A DNA stretch of 64,000 nucleotides from Lepidodermella squamata (taxonomy: Eukaryota > Animalia > Gastrotricha): assembly GCA_047495785.1 (NCBI GenBank), contig JBLDXI010000003.1:4216001-4280000 (forward strand). The letters run 5' to 3'. Every line of letters begins with the position of its first letter. The stretch's first letter is position 1. The notes below the pieces were generated by a model. The model worked only from the letters and a program-made list of their open reading frames with translations. It did no database searches and had not been told where the DNA came from. The translations under genes and the position numbers were made by a program. Positions 24,741 through 36,602 of the stretch are shown here, piece after piece.

Positions 24741-25752
24741 TCATTGAAACAGATCATGCACCATGCTTCTTTGAGGTTGCTGCTGTTGTGAGTGGTGATG
24801 CTGCTGCGACTGCTGTTGCGACGACGAGTGCTGCTGCTGTTGCGGTTGGTGGTGACCGCCAGATGACTGCGAAGATGGAGTTGCCGAGGGTTGTTGCCGC
24901 GGTTTTGGTTGTTTCGTCGTGATCAATTGCACGATTTCAGGGCTGCGGTCGTCAAACGGCCGCCACAAAGTTTCAAAATTATGACATATCATTTTAGTGA
25001 TTTCGAGGATGTTATCCAAGTCAACGGCCAGCTCCGCAAACCAGTCGCGGTGTCGGCAATTATCGCAAACCAGGGCACAGGCGGCGTGCAGGCACGAAAT
25101 TGCGATCATGAAAGGCGGAAATAACAGTGAGATATCTGAGCGAATGCATTCACTGGCAAGGCGCCAAGCTGTGTCAATCTGTCAAAGTTAATCAAGCTCA
25201 TTTGAAATGTTAAGGTAGACTTCTCAAACTAACGAATTCCTGATTCGTATTAACACCCATATCGGCTGCGTAGGTCAGCAGAGGCCGATAAGGATGATAG
25301 ACGATGAGGCAACAATCCATCGCCTCCAACAGGTAGAATTCACATGTGCCTAGTTGCTGAGCAGTGTACGGGAAATTCGGCCAAATATGCTTGTAGTTCT
25401 GCGCCACTACGTTATTCGCCGAATTAACCATCCTCGAGGCGGCATACAAGCAGAATTCTTCAACTTTGGCGGCAAGGCAGAGAGCCGTCACCGAAAGTAG
25501 GAGAGGGTCGATCGATCGAAGCGGGTGCACGCAGTAGAAGCGGCGTAGGTAAACTTGGGCAGTGGCAGCCACTTGCTGGCGCATGTTCATTTGTTTCGCG
25601 AGGCTTTGAATAAATAACGAGTACAGATATAAAATCTTGTGATAGTCTTCTTCGCCCAACATCGTCACATCGTGCTGGCGAAGACGCAGTAGGTCGTTTT
25701 TATCAAACAACCACTGCTGGTAGTGCGAGCTTGTCCAGAAGTTGGCAGACAT
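24741..25752 (-). CDS. CCNC: cyclin C
   Basis: MSANFWTSSHYQQW, RQQVAATA, CEFYLLEAMDCCLIVYHPYRPL, WFAELAVD; 2 exons; Q/H-rich tail. Confidence 0.95.
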
Positions 25753-26360
25753 TTGGTTTAAAACTCCTAAAATTGAAAGAAAAATCGGAGCGGATTATGC
25801 AAATTCTCGTAGTTCTTTTCTGTGCTTTCGAAGGACAAATATAGATATTATTCGATAATATAAATTATAGGCAGGCGCTCAATGGGACAAGTGACACGCA
25901 AGCTCAAAAGCAGCTCAATTGCACGTGACTGACAAAAATACGACGTGATGAGCCAACGCAGGGTTCTGACACCAGAAAGAAACACAAGAGAAGCGAACAT
26001 TGTAGGAGTACAGATCGTCATGTATTTTGTTTTGTTTACAGGAACTCGGTGGTAATTAATATGTACACACGCGGGTGAAATTTACAAAATCTTCAAGGTT
26101 GATCTAAAATCGTCTCATTTTGAGTAAGCCATCAGTTGTTTCTGTTTGCACCAGTCTGTTACAAGCGAAAAGAATAAAACTATACTGTTAACGGCCTAAG
26201 ATGCATAATGCATAATCATAGCAAAAGACAAACTTCTTCATAGAAAATTACAACAATTCATTAAATAGTTTGTATCCGTTGCAATGGAAGACCCACAAGT
26301 TTCAGATGAATGCCTCGTGGAAGCAAAAACTCAAGAATACAAATATCAGACAACATAATA

Positions 26361-28084
26361 TCAGAGTGGTTTGGTGTGATTTTCGGGAAATACTCCGCAC
26401 TTCCCGTCACTTTCCCGCCGGCCTCTCAGCCAGCCATCCTCGGCGTCCTCGTCTGAAAGCCATGGGAGCACCTCGATGATATCGCCTTTCTCGAAGGCCA
26501 ATTCATCTTCTTCGATTGCAACGTACTTGTGTGATGCTCGCACCTTTCGAATAACAGTTTCCTGCGCTGGAGGTTCAACAACTTTGGCGACATGTGGTAC
26601 TTTCGGACTCCGCTCCGGGGCGACGGCGGATTCAGAAGAATCGCGCTTACCGTCAGTAGAATTTGAAGGTGATCGACTCTTGTCATTTCCACTCGCAGAA
26701 TGACCCTCTTGTACTGATTTCTCCATCTCGCTCGATTCGCTTTCAGATTCATCTGAGAGAAAAGGATTACCCGGTGAATCGTCAACACCAGAAGCCTCAG
26801 GCAGTTCAACTAAGTAATGAATACGCGATATTGAGGAAATACAGAGGTAAACGTGAATTTACGCTTCGATATGCGAGGTGGTTTTGAAGGCGCAGTTGGT
26901 GTTGCCGTAGTCGAGTTAGTCGTTGGAGCAGGTGAATGCCTGAAAGTTCAACGATCATCACTAATCGGTCAATTAAAAGTTTAATTACTGAGCCGGAGTT
27001 GGCGCCGCGCTTTTGCGAACTTCGCTATTGCTTAGAGTCGATGACGCCGAATGGGGAATGGTGATACGATGCCGTGGTGTAGGTGATTCTTTGATAGTTT
27101 CTGATCTCGGAATAGCCGGGTATAGTGAACCTGGTGTAGTCGTCGGCGCCGACTCGGAAAACGGATTTGAAGTGTCTGAATTCAACCTAGCAGGTTTGGG
27201 CTTGTGGTCATCAATGGCGTTGGGGCCATCAAATTTGACAACAGCTTTTTTCAAGTATTCTAATAGCTCGCCGTAACACGCCTTGTCCGTTTTAGCAAGG
27301 CTGCCAATATTTCGCTGATAGAACATCACTCGACTCTCGTAAAATTCAGGTAATTCAGCTAATAATTCACTGTCAAGCTTTTCGAACTCGGATTTTCTGG
27401 CCTTGTAATCGATGTCAGCCTGTAATAATTCGAGATTTGAAAACAGAAAAATGACATTTTTAAGGAAAATATACCAAGGCGATTTTGCCAGGGTCCGGCT
27501 TCTTAGCTTGTTGCTTAGCCTCAAGATCTTTCTTTGCAGCTTCGTATTCATCGCGCTTCTTTCTCCGATGACTGATTTTCTTTTTCAATTCTTCGAAACG
27601 GGCGAGGTAATTTCTCTGCTCTTCGACCAACTTCGCAAAAGCAGTTTTGTAATTGTTCCATTCGATAGAGGCGCCACGGAGATATTCTTTCAATTCGTAG
27701 GACGCAACCCAGTCGGTTTCATAGGTTTGCTCGACTATGCTATGAAGCTTCTCTTGACAATCAACCATATCTTCACGAAAAAAATGATTGATGAATAGAC
27801 CGACACGATAACACGAGGAAAGCCAATTTACCTTTCAGGCATTCTTCGTACTTCTGAAAAATTAGGTTATATTGCAACGCGATGGCTCGCTGTCTCTTGA
27901 AATGCTCTTTGTGATCGAGAAACTTAGGATCATCCTCTTTCTTCTTGAATAAATTGCCAAACTTTCCGAACTATAAACGATACTTATAGAACATGCTATC
28001 TCAAATCTTTTCGCAATAACTTACCCCGTCGTTTATTTTCTTGAATGGATTTTTCTCGTGTTTCTCTTTTTTGTCCTCGGCCAT
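26361..28084 (-). CDS. amphiphysin/BIN-like BAR-SH3 protein
   Basis: Helical BAR exons (KKKISHRRKKRDEYE, LLAELPEFYESR) and a C-terminal SH3 (HKYVAIEEDELAFEKGD…GWLRG…GVFPEN); about 6 exons. Confidence 0.85.
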
Positions 28085-28183
28085 GAAATTGCAACAAAAA
28101 TAATTATTCTAAAAACTGAATTTTGAATGAGAGCAGACAGATTTACTGAACGATGAGAGAGCAAAAGAGAAAACATCGAGTAA

Positions 28184-28582
28184 TCAATATCCGTCATTGC
28201 TCCATGACACCGACAACCCTGGATACTGTCGCTTAATAATCCTTTCAGTTATAGTATGGTCCGCTCGTCCGAAACCTTGAGAGTAGCCATAAATAAATAT
28301 CGATTTGCCATCACGGCGAATGCGTCCACCCCCGATGCATTCGTGATGTAACTTGGGTAATTTAAGCTTTGAAACCTCAAATTCGAAAACGTCGTATATA
28401 TCAGCGTGATAGTCACATCTTGCGTATCCGCGCACGCAGTATTTCATTTCTCCGCTTTCGACGTCCACCACTTTGATCAAAATATATTTGAACGTCCCAG
28501 TTTCGTCCAAATCAACACAGGCTATGGCTTTTAGCTTCTCATTGTCGATGTTTTCTCGCGCGTTCATGACAGCAGCCAACAT
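28184..28582 (-). CDS. PHPT1: 14 kDa phosphohistidine phosphatase / Janus-Ocnus family
   Basis: GTFKYILIKV, VRGY…YHADIYD, CIGGGRI, YGYSQGFGRADH, WSNDGY*. Confidence 0.93.
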   Translation of the reverse strand: MLAAVMNARENIDNEKLKAIACVDLDETGTFKYILIKVVDVESGEMKYCVRGYARCDYHADIYDVFEFEVSKLKLPKLHHECIGGGRIRRDGKSIFIYGYSQGFGRADHTITERIIKRQYPGLSVSWSNDGY

Positions 28583-29622
28583 AGAAAGGAATAATAATAA
28601 ATAACCTGTAAAGTGATGACTGACAATTAGCCTGAAAAAATCTCCAGCGACTGAAATACTGCGATTGAAAATTTAGAAATGCAATGCGATTATTAGGCGT
28701 CAGGTCATGCATGAAGACAGACCTAAGACATTTGTTCAGTGTAATTTTTTCTTTAATGACAACTGAAAACTGAAAACACCAAATTCTAATTAACAAACAA
28801 ATAACAACAAGCGGGGGCAAGTGGAAGGATGGCGTAATACAAATGGATAATGGGTGGATTGATGAATAACCCTGTCACAATTTCAGCAGAATTGGTGGAG
28901 GAGATAAGGTTTGATCGCGAAAACATTACGCATAGCTTTGGCGGCGACCGTCGTAGTTCTTGAAAAATTCCGACTGACCCGGTCAATTGAATTTGACTTA
29001 ATTATTTTCTAAACAATGTGATTCAAATTCAAATTATTTTTTTGAGGTGAAAATAATAATTTCCGAAAATGCCGGCAATTTAATTTTTCTGGAATTCTGG
29101 AAAAGTTTTTGATCGAAAAAAGCGAAAATAAAAGCTTTTTTCTTCTTGACAAGTTCCAAACTTCGGTTTGCTTACCACCAATCACCCAATACTGTATGCC
29201 GCACACCGTAGTTATATCTGGTTTAAGTTTCGTGTAAGAAACAGTTTTAATTGTACTTTGTATCGCGCGTTTCAAAACTGAAATAGGCCACAAGATTAAC
29301 CATCGCCCATCGGCTCAACAATCATCGAACGTCTTGTTCAGAACTGCTCAGAACTTAATCCGGAGCTTTTTATCAGAATATGCTTATACTACTTTGAATC
29401 ATAACCTCGTTTAGAAAAATTACGTAGCGTACCAGGTACCAGCGCTGGTTTTCTTCATTCTTCAGTACTGATTCTCAGGGGATTAGAATCAGATCCTTAT
29501 TCATTTGGGCCTTTAGACGATTTAAGCCGCTCGAGCTTGAGCACTTTTGGGTTAATGTTCTAATTTATTTCATATTTAGATTCACTGATCAATCTCGGTT
29601 TTGTTATTATTTTGCAAATTTT

Positions 29623-29982
29623 ATGAGTTCTATACCTGCGACTCCTGCTGCTCCCCAGCAACCTGCGACTCCACAGCAAGCTACCGAAACTACTATCACC
29701 CCGGCTGTTGCCGCAGCATCTCAACAGCTTCCCCCTGTTTCAGCGTCAAATATTCTTTTCAATCAACAGCCTTCCTTTGTCGATCCCAATTTTGCTAGTC
29801 CACAGCAACACGCGACCAAATACGCTCAACTTTTGGCTGTTATAGAAGAACTAGGTAAAGACGTGCGTCCTGCTTACGCTACGAGTAAAGCCGCATCTGA
29901 GCGTCTAAAGCGAAATATTCAAGTTGCTAGAACTCTGGTTCGTGAGTGTCTTCTTGAAGTGGACCGAACTGTCAGAAAGTAA
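29623..29982 (+). CDS. CDK2AP1: CDK2-associated protein 1/2
   Basis: [21 protein letters not shown]…[18 protein letters not shown]. Confidence 0.92.
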   Translation: MSSIPATPAAPQQPATPQQATETTITPAVAAASQQLPPVSASNILFNQQPSFVDPNFASPQQHATKYAQLLAVIEELGKDVRPAYATSKAASERLKRNIQVARTLVRECLLEVDRTVRK

Positions 29983-31014
29983 ATGAAAACTGTGTGGGAA
30001 AGTGAATGGCCGCTTGATGCTGTTTCGGCACGTGTGAACACTTCTACTGGTAATATATTAGTTGCAGCGGCCGCGTATAGATATGAATCCACTTCTAATA
30101 TTCGAGCTGGCGGTGTTCTGTTATATGACTTGGACGTTACGTCGTCTCCATCTCCTCGACTGTCGCAATCGGCCTGTATGATGGGTGCGGGTGTTTACGA
30201 CTGCAGCTGGTTGAATGATAGCAATCATCTGGTAGTCACGTTAGCAAGCGGTGATTTCCTCCTCCTAAATTGTGGCTCTGGTAACTGTATTGCTCCAATA
30301 TCGAAGCTGAAGTTGACAGATTCAGCTGTGTTGACAAATATTGCTTTCAGCGAGAATACCAACGTGTTTTCTTGCGGCGATCACAGTGGCTCTGCTTACC
30401 TGATCGAAAGAATGCAATCTGGTCTATACATGCGAGCTACTTGGCGTGCTCACAAGGATGCGCCGACATGGTCGATCGCCTTCGACAACGAGCGTAATTT
30501 GGTCTACTCTTGCGGCGATGATAGCATGATTTTCGCATGGGATTTGCGGGAAATATCCCCCAACTGCTCATCAGCATGGAGTTTGTCTGGTCATGACGCC
30601 GGTGTTTGTGCTGTGATGCCGATTTCTGGCACAAATATGCTTATTTCTGGCTCGTACGATGAGACAATCCGTGTTTGGGATCTGCGTTATCACGGCGCTG
30701 GCACTTACCCTGTCGATACGCTTAATCTTGGCTGTGGCATATGGAAAATAAAGAAGAGAAAAGTGAACAACTTTTGCTATACTTTGCTGAATGCGTGCCT
30801 TGAAGGTGGAGTAGCTATCGCTGGGCTTGACTGCAGTGTGGGGAAATTGCATCTTCTCAAAAATAACGCCGATCCTGATTGGCAATGCACCAGCGATACA
30901 GACAGCAGCCAATTGGTGTATGGAGTTGACTACACGCCAAATGAATCTTACTTCGTCGCATCGACGCACAGTTCGAAAAACGGCACGGGCCGCCTGCAAT
31001 TATATTCCGTTTGA
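29983..31014 (+). CDS. DPH7: diphthine methyl ester acylhydrolase, WD40 (WDR85)
   Basis: WRAH…WSIAFD, VYSCGDD…WDLR, HDAGV, SGSYDETIRVWDLR, LGCGIWKIK, LVYGVD. Confidence 0.82.
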   Translation: MKTVWESEWPLDAVSARVNTSTGNILVAAAAYRYESTSNIRAGGVLLYDLDVTSSPSPRLSQSACMMGAGVYDCSWLNDSNHLVVTLASGDFLLLNCGSGNCIAPISKLKLTDSAVLTNIAFSENTNVFSCGDHSGSAYLIERMQSGLYMRATWRAHKDAPTWSIAFDNERNLVYSCGDDSMIFAWDLREISPNCSSAWSLSGHDAGVCAVMPISGTNMLISGSYDETIRVWDLRYHGAGTYPVDTLNLGCGIWKIKKRKVNNFCYTLLNACLEGGVAIAGLDCSVGKLHLLKNNADPDWQCTSDTDSSQLVYGVDYTPNESYFVASTHSSKNGTGRLQLYSV

Positions 31015-31175
31015 TTTGTGTCATTTGCTCAAACAAGCTTTAAGCTGCATTTTTATGTCTCTTTGTCGTTTGATGTATCTGGGGTTTAAACCCGCGACTT
31101 TTTGGTTACAATAACATGGTGTCTTCGACAAGTCATGCTCTTTATTTAATTTTTAGATTTTTTAAATCTGAAAGC

Positions 31176-32298
31176 ATGGCTAAACTTGACCAATTGGATC
31201 CACGTTGGATTGTTGAGTTTCGCCCTGACCACAACAATCCGAACAACTGGCATTGGGTGGAGAAAGACGCGTCTGAATGGTCTCGCACCAAGATTAAGGA
31301 GCTTCTGAAGAAGATTGTCGTGGGTGATGAGAAAATCGGCGAGTGTCGCATAAAAGACGTCACCGAGATTTCTGGTGACGTTACGGCAAACAACCGCAAA
31401 GGTAAACTCATTTTCCTGATCGACCTGAAGATTAAGATGGACTGGGAGGGCCGTGTCGGCGGCGACTCGACTGTTTACAAAGGCGAGGTTGTAATTCCTG
31501 AGTTTGATGACGTGAACGTAGACTCGTGCACGATGGAGTGTTCTGTCAAAGCTACCACCGACCCTGCGCTTATGCTCAAAGAAGTCATGCGTACGAAAGG
31601 TATCGATGCGGTCCGGGCTCAACTGGTAGAGTACTTGCGGTTATTAAGGGAAGAGTATAGTCGAGACTTAATTCTGCCCACGCCGAAAGATGCCTCTGCA
31701 AAGTCACCCCCTGTCGCGAAATCAGCCGCACCCGCCTCGTCTAGCAACGGCTCTCAAACCGTGGTTTCGGGGCAACAACCCGTAAAAATCGACTGCACAA
31801 GTCTGTCGTTCGAAGAAGTGTTTCGATGCCCGGCAACTCAAGTCTACATGGCGCTGACCGAAGAAGGTTCACTCAAGGCAATGTGCGGCGGCGAGGCGGA
31901 GGTGAATGCAGTGCCTGGCGGTCGGTTCTCCCTGTATAACGGTGCCATTCAGGGTGAATTCGTAAAACTCGAGCCTTTCAAGCGCATCGTGCAGCGGTGG
32001 CGTCTACGCACTTGGGGCAACGACGCGCATTACTCTGAAGTCACGATGACAATTAACGAAAGTAGCAGTGGCGACACTATCCTTCAATTGTCTCAAACAG
32101 GCGTTCCTACCAAATACTTAGAAGGTAAATTTATCTAACTATTTTGAGCTATTTGAGTTATCTGGAGGACTATATTTGGGCTCGTTATACAGCTATTAAA
32201 TATGTTTTTCTAATATTTCAGATACCAAGAACGGCTGGCATCGCAACTTCTTTGATCGCCTCAAAGCGGTACATGGTTTTGCGGCAATGATGATGTGA
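31176..32298 (+). CDS. AHSA1: activator of Hsp90 ATPase 1
   Basis: DPRWIVE, NPNNWHWVEKDA, NNRKGKLIF, C-terminal AHSA1 domain; last exon 32222-32298. Confidence 0.95.
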
Positions 32299-32793
32299 TC
32301 ACGTATCTCGATGAAAGTCCTCGTCTCCTTCTGCTCTCTACCACATACCAGTCAATAATAAAAACAAAACATGCCTGAAATGTGTGCATGACCGCGAAAC
32401 TGTGTTATGTCTGTCTCCTTGGCGTGTTGCTGTTACAACGCTTCGATTGATAAAGTAGTAGCTCAGCAAAATTTCATTTCCTTCGCCACGAAACTATCGA
32501 TATTATTCCGCCAAAAATGATACGGCATCTCGTTTTATCTCGTACGAAATTTGGAAAATTTGACGAGAAAGTAGGCTTAGGAATGCACTACTGTATCAAA
32601 TTCGACTACCACATGAAAACACGCCCGTGTGTAAAACTACAAATTATGTTTTAGGAAATATTATTGCTGAAAAATGAATAAATTTTTTCAATTGATTTAC
32701 CCGTTTGCTCTTCGATGTTTTTTAGAGTTAATTTCTTACAACACAAATCAACTCAGGAAAATGCTCTGCGGAAGTTCGAGATAGCATCGCACC

Positions 32794-34221
32794 ATGGTGG
32801 TAACTGGCAGCTCACCAGATAAAGCCCCATTACTCATCGCAAGCCCTGTTGCAAGTTTTTACACCAGGAAGATTTTCTCCAAAGTTATAAAATTTGCATC
32901 TTGGCGAGTGACTCAGTTCATTTTCATCTCTGCCTCATTGCTCATCTGTCTGCTGATTTACACAACTTTGAAAGGTTACTCCTCAGAAGTCGCTGAGATA
33001 TCATCAATTTCGAATGCGCCATCGGGAAACTCTACACACCACAAGCGAAAATTGATACTGTTTTGGACGAAGTGGTTTGACGACCCGTTTACAGATCTTT
33101 ATGATAATGGCGGGGTTGCGCCTTTCTTGAAACGCTGCCCGAAGGAGGAGATTTTCGCGAATTGTGAGCTTTCAAGTGACCGCCGTCACGTTAAAGAAGC
33201 CGATGCAGTCGTCTTTCACATACCCGATTTGGTCAACCAATTAAGCCTATTTGGTGGATATGATGTTCCGTCTTATCGCGCCGGTCACCAGCGATATGTC
33301 TTCTACAACCAGGAATCCCCTGTTCATACGCTTACTAGGTATTTCATTTCATCTGAGCCCTCCTTAATTTCTACTGTTTTGAATACTTACAGGCTGAGTG
33401 CTTTCGCCAATTTTTTCAACTGGACTATGACTTATCGGCGCGATAGCGACATTGCAGCTCCTTACGCTAGATTTCGCCATGTTGAATCTGAGACTGAAAA
33501 TTCTAGTCCATCGTTCTCACCGAACATGCTCGTCAACAAAACCGGCTGGGTCGCTTGGGTTGTTTCGCGTTGTTTCACTCACAGCCGCCGTGAACATTTC
33601 GTGAATGAGCTGAGGAAACACATACCTGTAGATATATGGGGCCGCTGCGGCTCGAAACCGTGCGGTGATAGTTGTTTTGATGAAATTCACAAAAAGTACC
33701 GATTTTACATATCGATTGAAAACTCACTTTGCACCGATTACGTGACCGAAAAATTCTTCTCTCGAATGCTAGGCCTTGACGCAGTCACCATAGTATTGCA
33801 GCCTCGTAATGTCTCGGGAACTTCGAAGGATAATTATGCTAGTATCTCACCTCCCGATTCCTACATTGACGCGTCGAAATTTGAATCGCCGAAAGCCCTC
33901 GCTGCGTATCTTCAACAAGTCGGAACAGATTCGTCGCTATTTTCGTCCTTCTTTAAATGGCGCAAAAATTTGACGGTTGTTCGAAATGATTTCGACCAGA
34001 TTTGCAGTCTGTGTAAAGCTCTGCAGAACGATTCATTGCCGCCTAAAGTATACTCGGATATTAAGGAGTGGTGGGTCGGTGGCACCAAGCGAAATCACGA
34101 CGGCTCGTTCGCCCTGGATGCGACCCCGTCTCATTGCCACCCTGGTGCGGAATACAACTCGGAAGGAATGGCGGCATACCCAGCCTATAAAACTCCATTT
34201 TTCATACACATACAAAGCTGA
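32794..34221 (+). CDS. alpha-1,3-fucosyltransferase (GT10)
   Basis: Type II transmembrane segment, QESP, FNWTMTYRRDSDI, YRFYISIENSLCTDYVTEKF; in-frame 54-nt intron 33339-33392. Confidence 0.92.
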   Translation: MVVTGSSPDKAPLLIASPVASFYTRKIFSKVIKFASWRVTQFIFISASLLICLLIYTTLKGYSSEVAEISSISNAPSGNSTHHKRKLILFWTKWFDDPFTDLYDNGGVAPFLKRCPKEEIFANCELSSDRRHVKEADAVVFHIPDLVNQLSLFGGYDVPSYRAGHQRYVFYNQESPVHTLTRYFISSEPSLISTVLNTYRLSAFANFFNWTMTYRRDSDIAAPYARFRHVESETENSSPSFSPNMLVNKTGWVAWVVSRCFTHSRREHFVNELRKHIPVDIWGRCGSKPCGDSCFDEIHKKYRFYISIENSLCTDYVTEKFFSRMLGLDAVTIVLQPRNVSGTSKDNYASISPPDSYIDASKFESPKALAAYLQQVGTDSSLFSSFFKWRKNLTVVRNDFDQICSLCKALQNDSLPPKVYSDIKEWWVGGTKRNHDGSFALDATPSHCHPGAEYNSEGMAAYPAYKTPFFIHIQS

Positions 34222-34454
34222 TTTGATTGAGTTGTGAGAACACCTTATTCATACTCTTATGCATTTTGAAAGTGTGATACTTTATACATTGTTTCGCTTT
34301 TATCAAATCTTCCTGCTTCCCTGCATTACTCAGCTACCATTTTTTTATTGACTGGTCTTTCAAATGTTTTATGAAATCAATCGCTGGCAATATAGTACTC
34401 TTCTACCTGCTGAAATGCTTATGAAATCAAAATTATCTGTTTGCCATGCATGTG

Positions 34455-34787
34455 TGGCGACAAATCGGTTCGCGACTATTGCATCCGTAAACTTTGCGGC
34501 CCGACAATTACGTCCAAAGACATTCTAGCCAAAAAATGTGAGCGACAAAACAGTCCTATTTTGCATAATTTAGGCGACAATTTAGCTGGCGACATTTACG
34601 ACGGCCACAATAGCGCTCTGCTGAAATTATGAACATTATTTGCATGATATAGTCTATATTATTTCGTGTCGAAAAATTATTAAGTTATTTTTAAATTATT
34701 AAAATTAAGGCTAGAACATCGTGGGACGTATTTGTCGGGCGCCAAGTTAACCGGCGGATTAGTCGGGGCGTATTTGTCACCCAACCG
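34455..34787. mobile_element. degenerate foldback/MITE-like element with about 75-bp imperfect inverted arms
   Basis: Left …cccgacaattacgtccaaagacattctagcc (to 34530) versus right ggctagaacatcgtgggacgtatttgtcggg… (from 34709); internal cgacaa sub-repeats. Confidence 0.55.
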
Positions 34788-35469
34788 CAGTGTGATCTAC
34801 CCGCTTTTTTGCGTGTTTGATAACCCGTTGAAAATAGTGTGCTTGTTGAAGTGATTTTACGTTTTGCTCTCACGTTTTTTTTTACCACGAATGCTATCCT
34901 TTTTTTGATTTTTTGTGAAATGATTGCTTGCACCATAACGTTTTTACGAATCGCATATATGGAATCAAAGGCGAATAAAATACCTGGAGGTTTCCAAGAT
35001 ATAAGTGGTGTTATTCTCAAAATGGAAGTCCTTCTGGACGCTTCGAACCTGCCTACAGTGAGTCGGGGTTTTGTTCGTAATCAGAGAATGCTTCTGAAAA
35101 AGTCAGCGGAAAGATATGCGGCGCCGAGCCAACTAAGGCAATAGTGCACAGGCTATTTTCTCGAGGCAAGCCTAAAAAATGACGTGTGGCAAATTTAGAT
35201 AAATATGCCTAGCGATTATACAGCAATTCAGTTGTACGTAGTTCACGAATTGAAGATATCGAGAAAAACGAACTTGCATCGCCAGTGATTATTTAACCTA
35301 GCAAAGCAATAAAGCGATAAAAAGTAGCAGGTGTCCGCTGTGAACTAAAGCAGATTTGATAACGATTGCGGGAATTCCCAAGGCGGATAAAATGCCTACC
35401 TATTTAAGCTTAGAAAATCCAGAATAATGCATTTCTCCAACTTATACACTCGCAAGACCTTTCTTATTC

Positions 35470-36602
35470 ATGACCTTTCTTTGTAGCCTGCTTACCCTTT
35501 TCATATTGTGCTTGGCGCAAACATGGGGCAGCCCAACAAAGCCAGCGTTGAGTTCGAATTTTCCATCTGTTTCGGTAACTACCCCGGAAGTTTTACCTGA
35601 GCCTAAGTCGCTGCTGGTTGGGTCTTTCAACCTGTGGATTTGGGGGAAGTCGAAGCTGCAGAAGAAGAATATTACTGATGTGATTGTCAACATTATTCTG
35701 CGATATGATCTGATCGCCCGTTAGTTCCCTATTCATTTTCAAGATTCCAAGACTATTACACAGTTTCTATGATTTTCAAGTGCAAGAAATTCGAGATGTA
35801 AGCAATTTTTCGGCCAACGAGTTGAAGCGAATGGTTCAGGAGAAAGATCCCGACTATGAATTTGTAGTCAGTGGTCACCTGGGTCGCAGCAGCTCGAAAG
35901 AGCAATATTCGTTCTTTTACCGCAAAAGCAAAGTTAGCCAAACCGATGTATGGCAGTACCCGGACAAAGATGATTACTTCGAGAGGCCGCCATACTTCAT
36001 GCGCTTTACTACCGAAATAGATTATCCATATGGAGCAATCGACATTGCTTTCGCGAACGTCCACACCAAACCAGAGACCACGGTTTACGAGTTAGGGAAC
36101 ATGACCAAGGTATATGATGACATTTATTGGAAATGGAAACCCGCCGTCGTCTTATTTGGAGGTAATTAAAGTAATAAAAGCAGGGCTGAACATTGAGATA
36201 TTTCGTTACACAGGAGACATGAATGCGGATTGCAACTATGTACCCGCATCGAAATGGTCGAGTATTCCATTTTGGACTAATTCAACGTTCGTTTGGCTCA
36301 TTGACAACTCGACCGATACCACAGTCGCATCTCGACAATGCGCTTGTGAGGATGATTAAAAAAAGATGCAACTAAGCAATTTTTTGACTGTTTCTTCTAT
36401 AGATGATCGGTTTGTTGCTGTAGGGAAAAAACTGATGGTTTCCCTTGTTCCCGACACGGCTACGTCATGGCTTTACTACAAGGACATGGGATTCTCTGTT
36501 GAAGAAGCAAAAACGGTTTCCGATCACTTCCCGATTGAGTTTCGATTTTTTTCGAACTGGTTTTACCCGAATGCTGCTGGGCCTAAAACAAGCCAAATAT
36601 AA
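35470..36602 (+). CDS. secreted deoxyribonuclease I family
   Basis: Signal peptide, SFNL…GKSK, RYDLIALQEIRD, LGRSSSKEQY, FERPPY, GDMNADC, YDR, SDHFPIE; 4 exons. Confidence 0.92.

Noticed and set aside
28786-29310. Small minus-strand gene upstream of PHPT1
   Set aside because: Splice-like signals exist but no convincing joined frame; left unresolved
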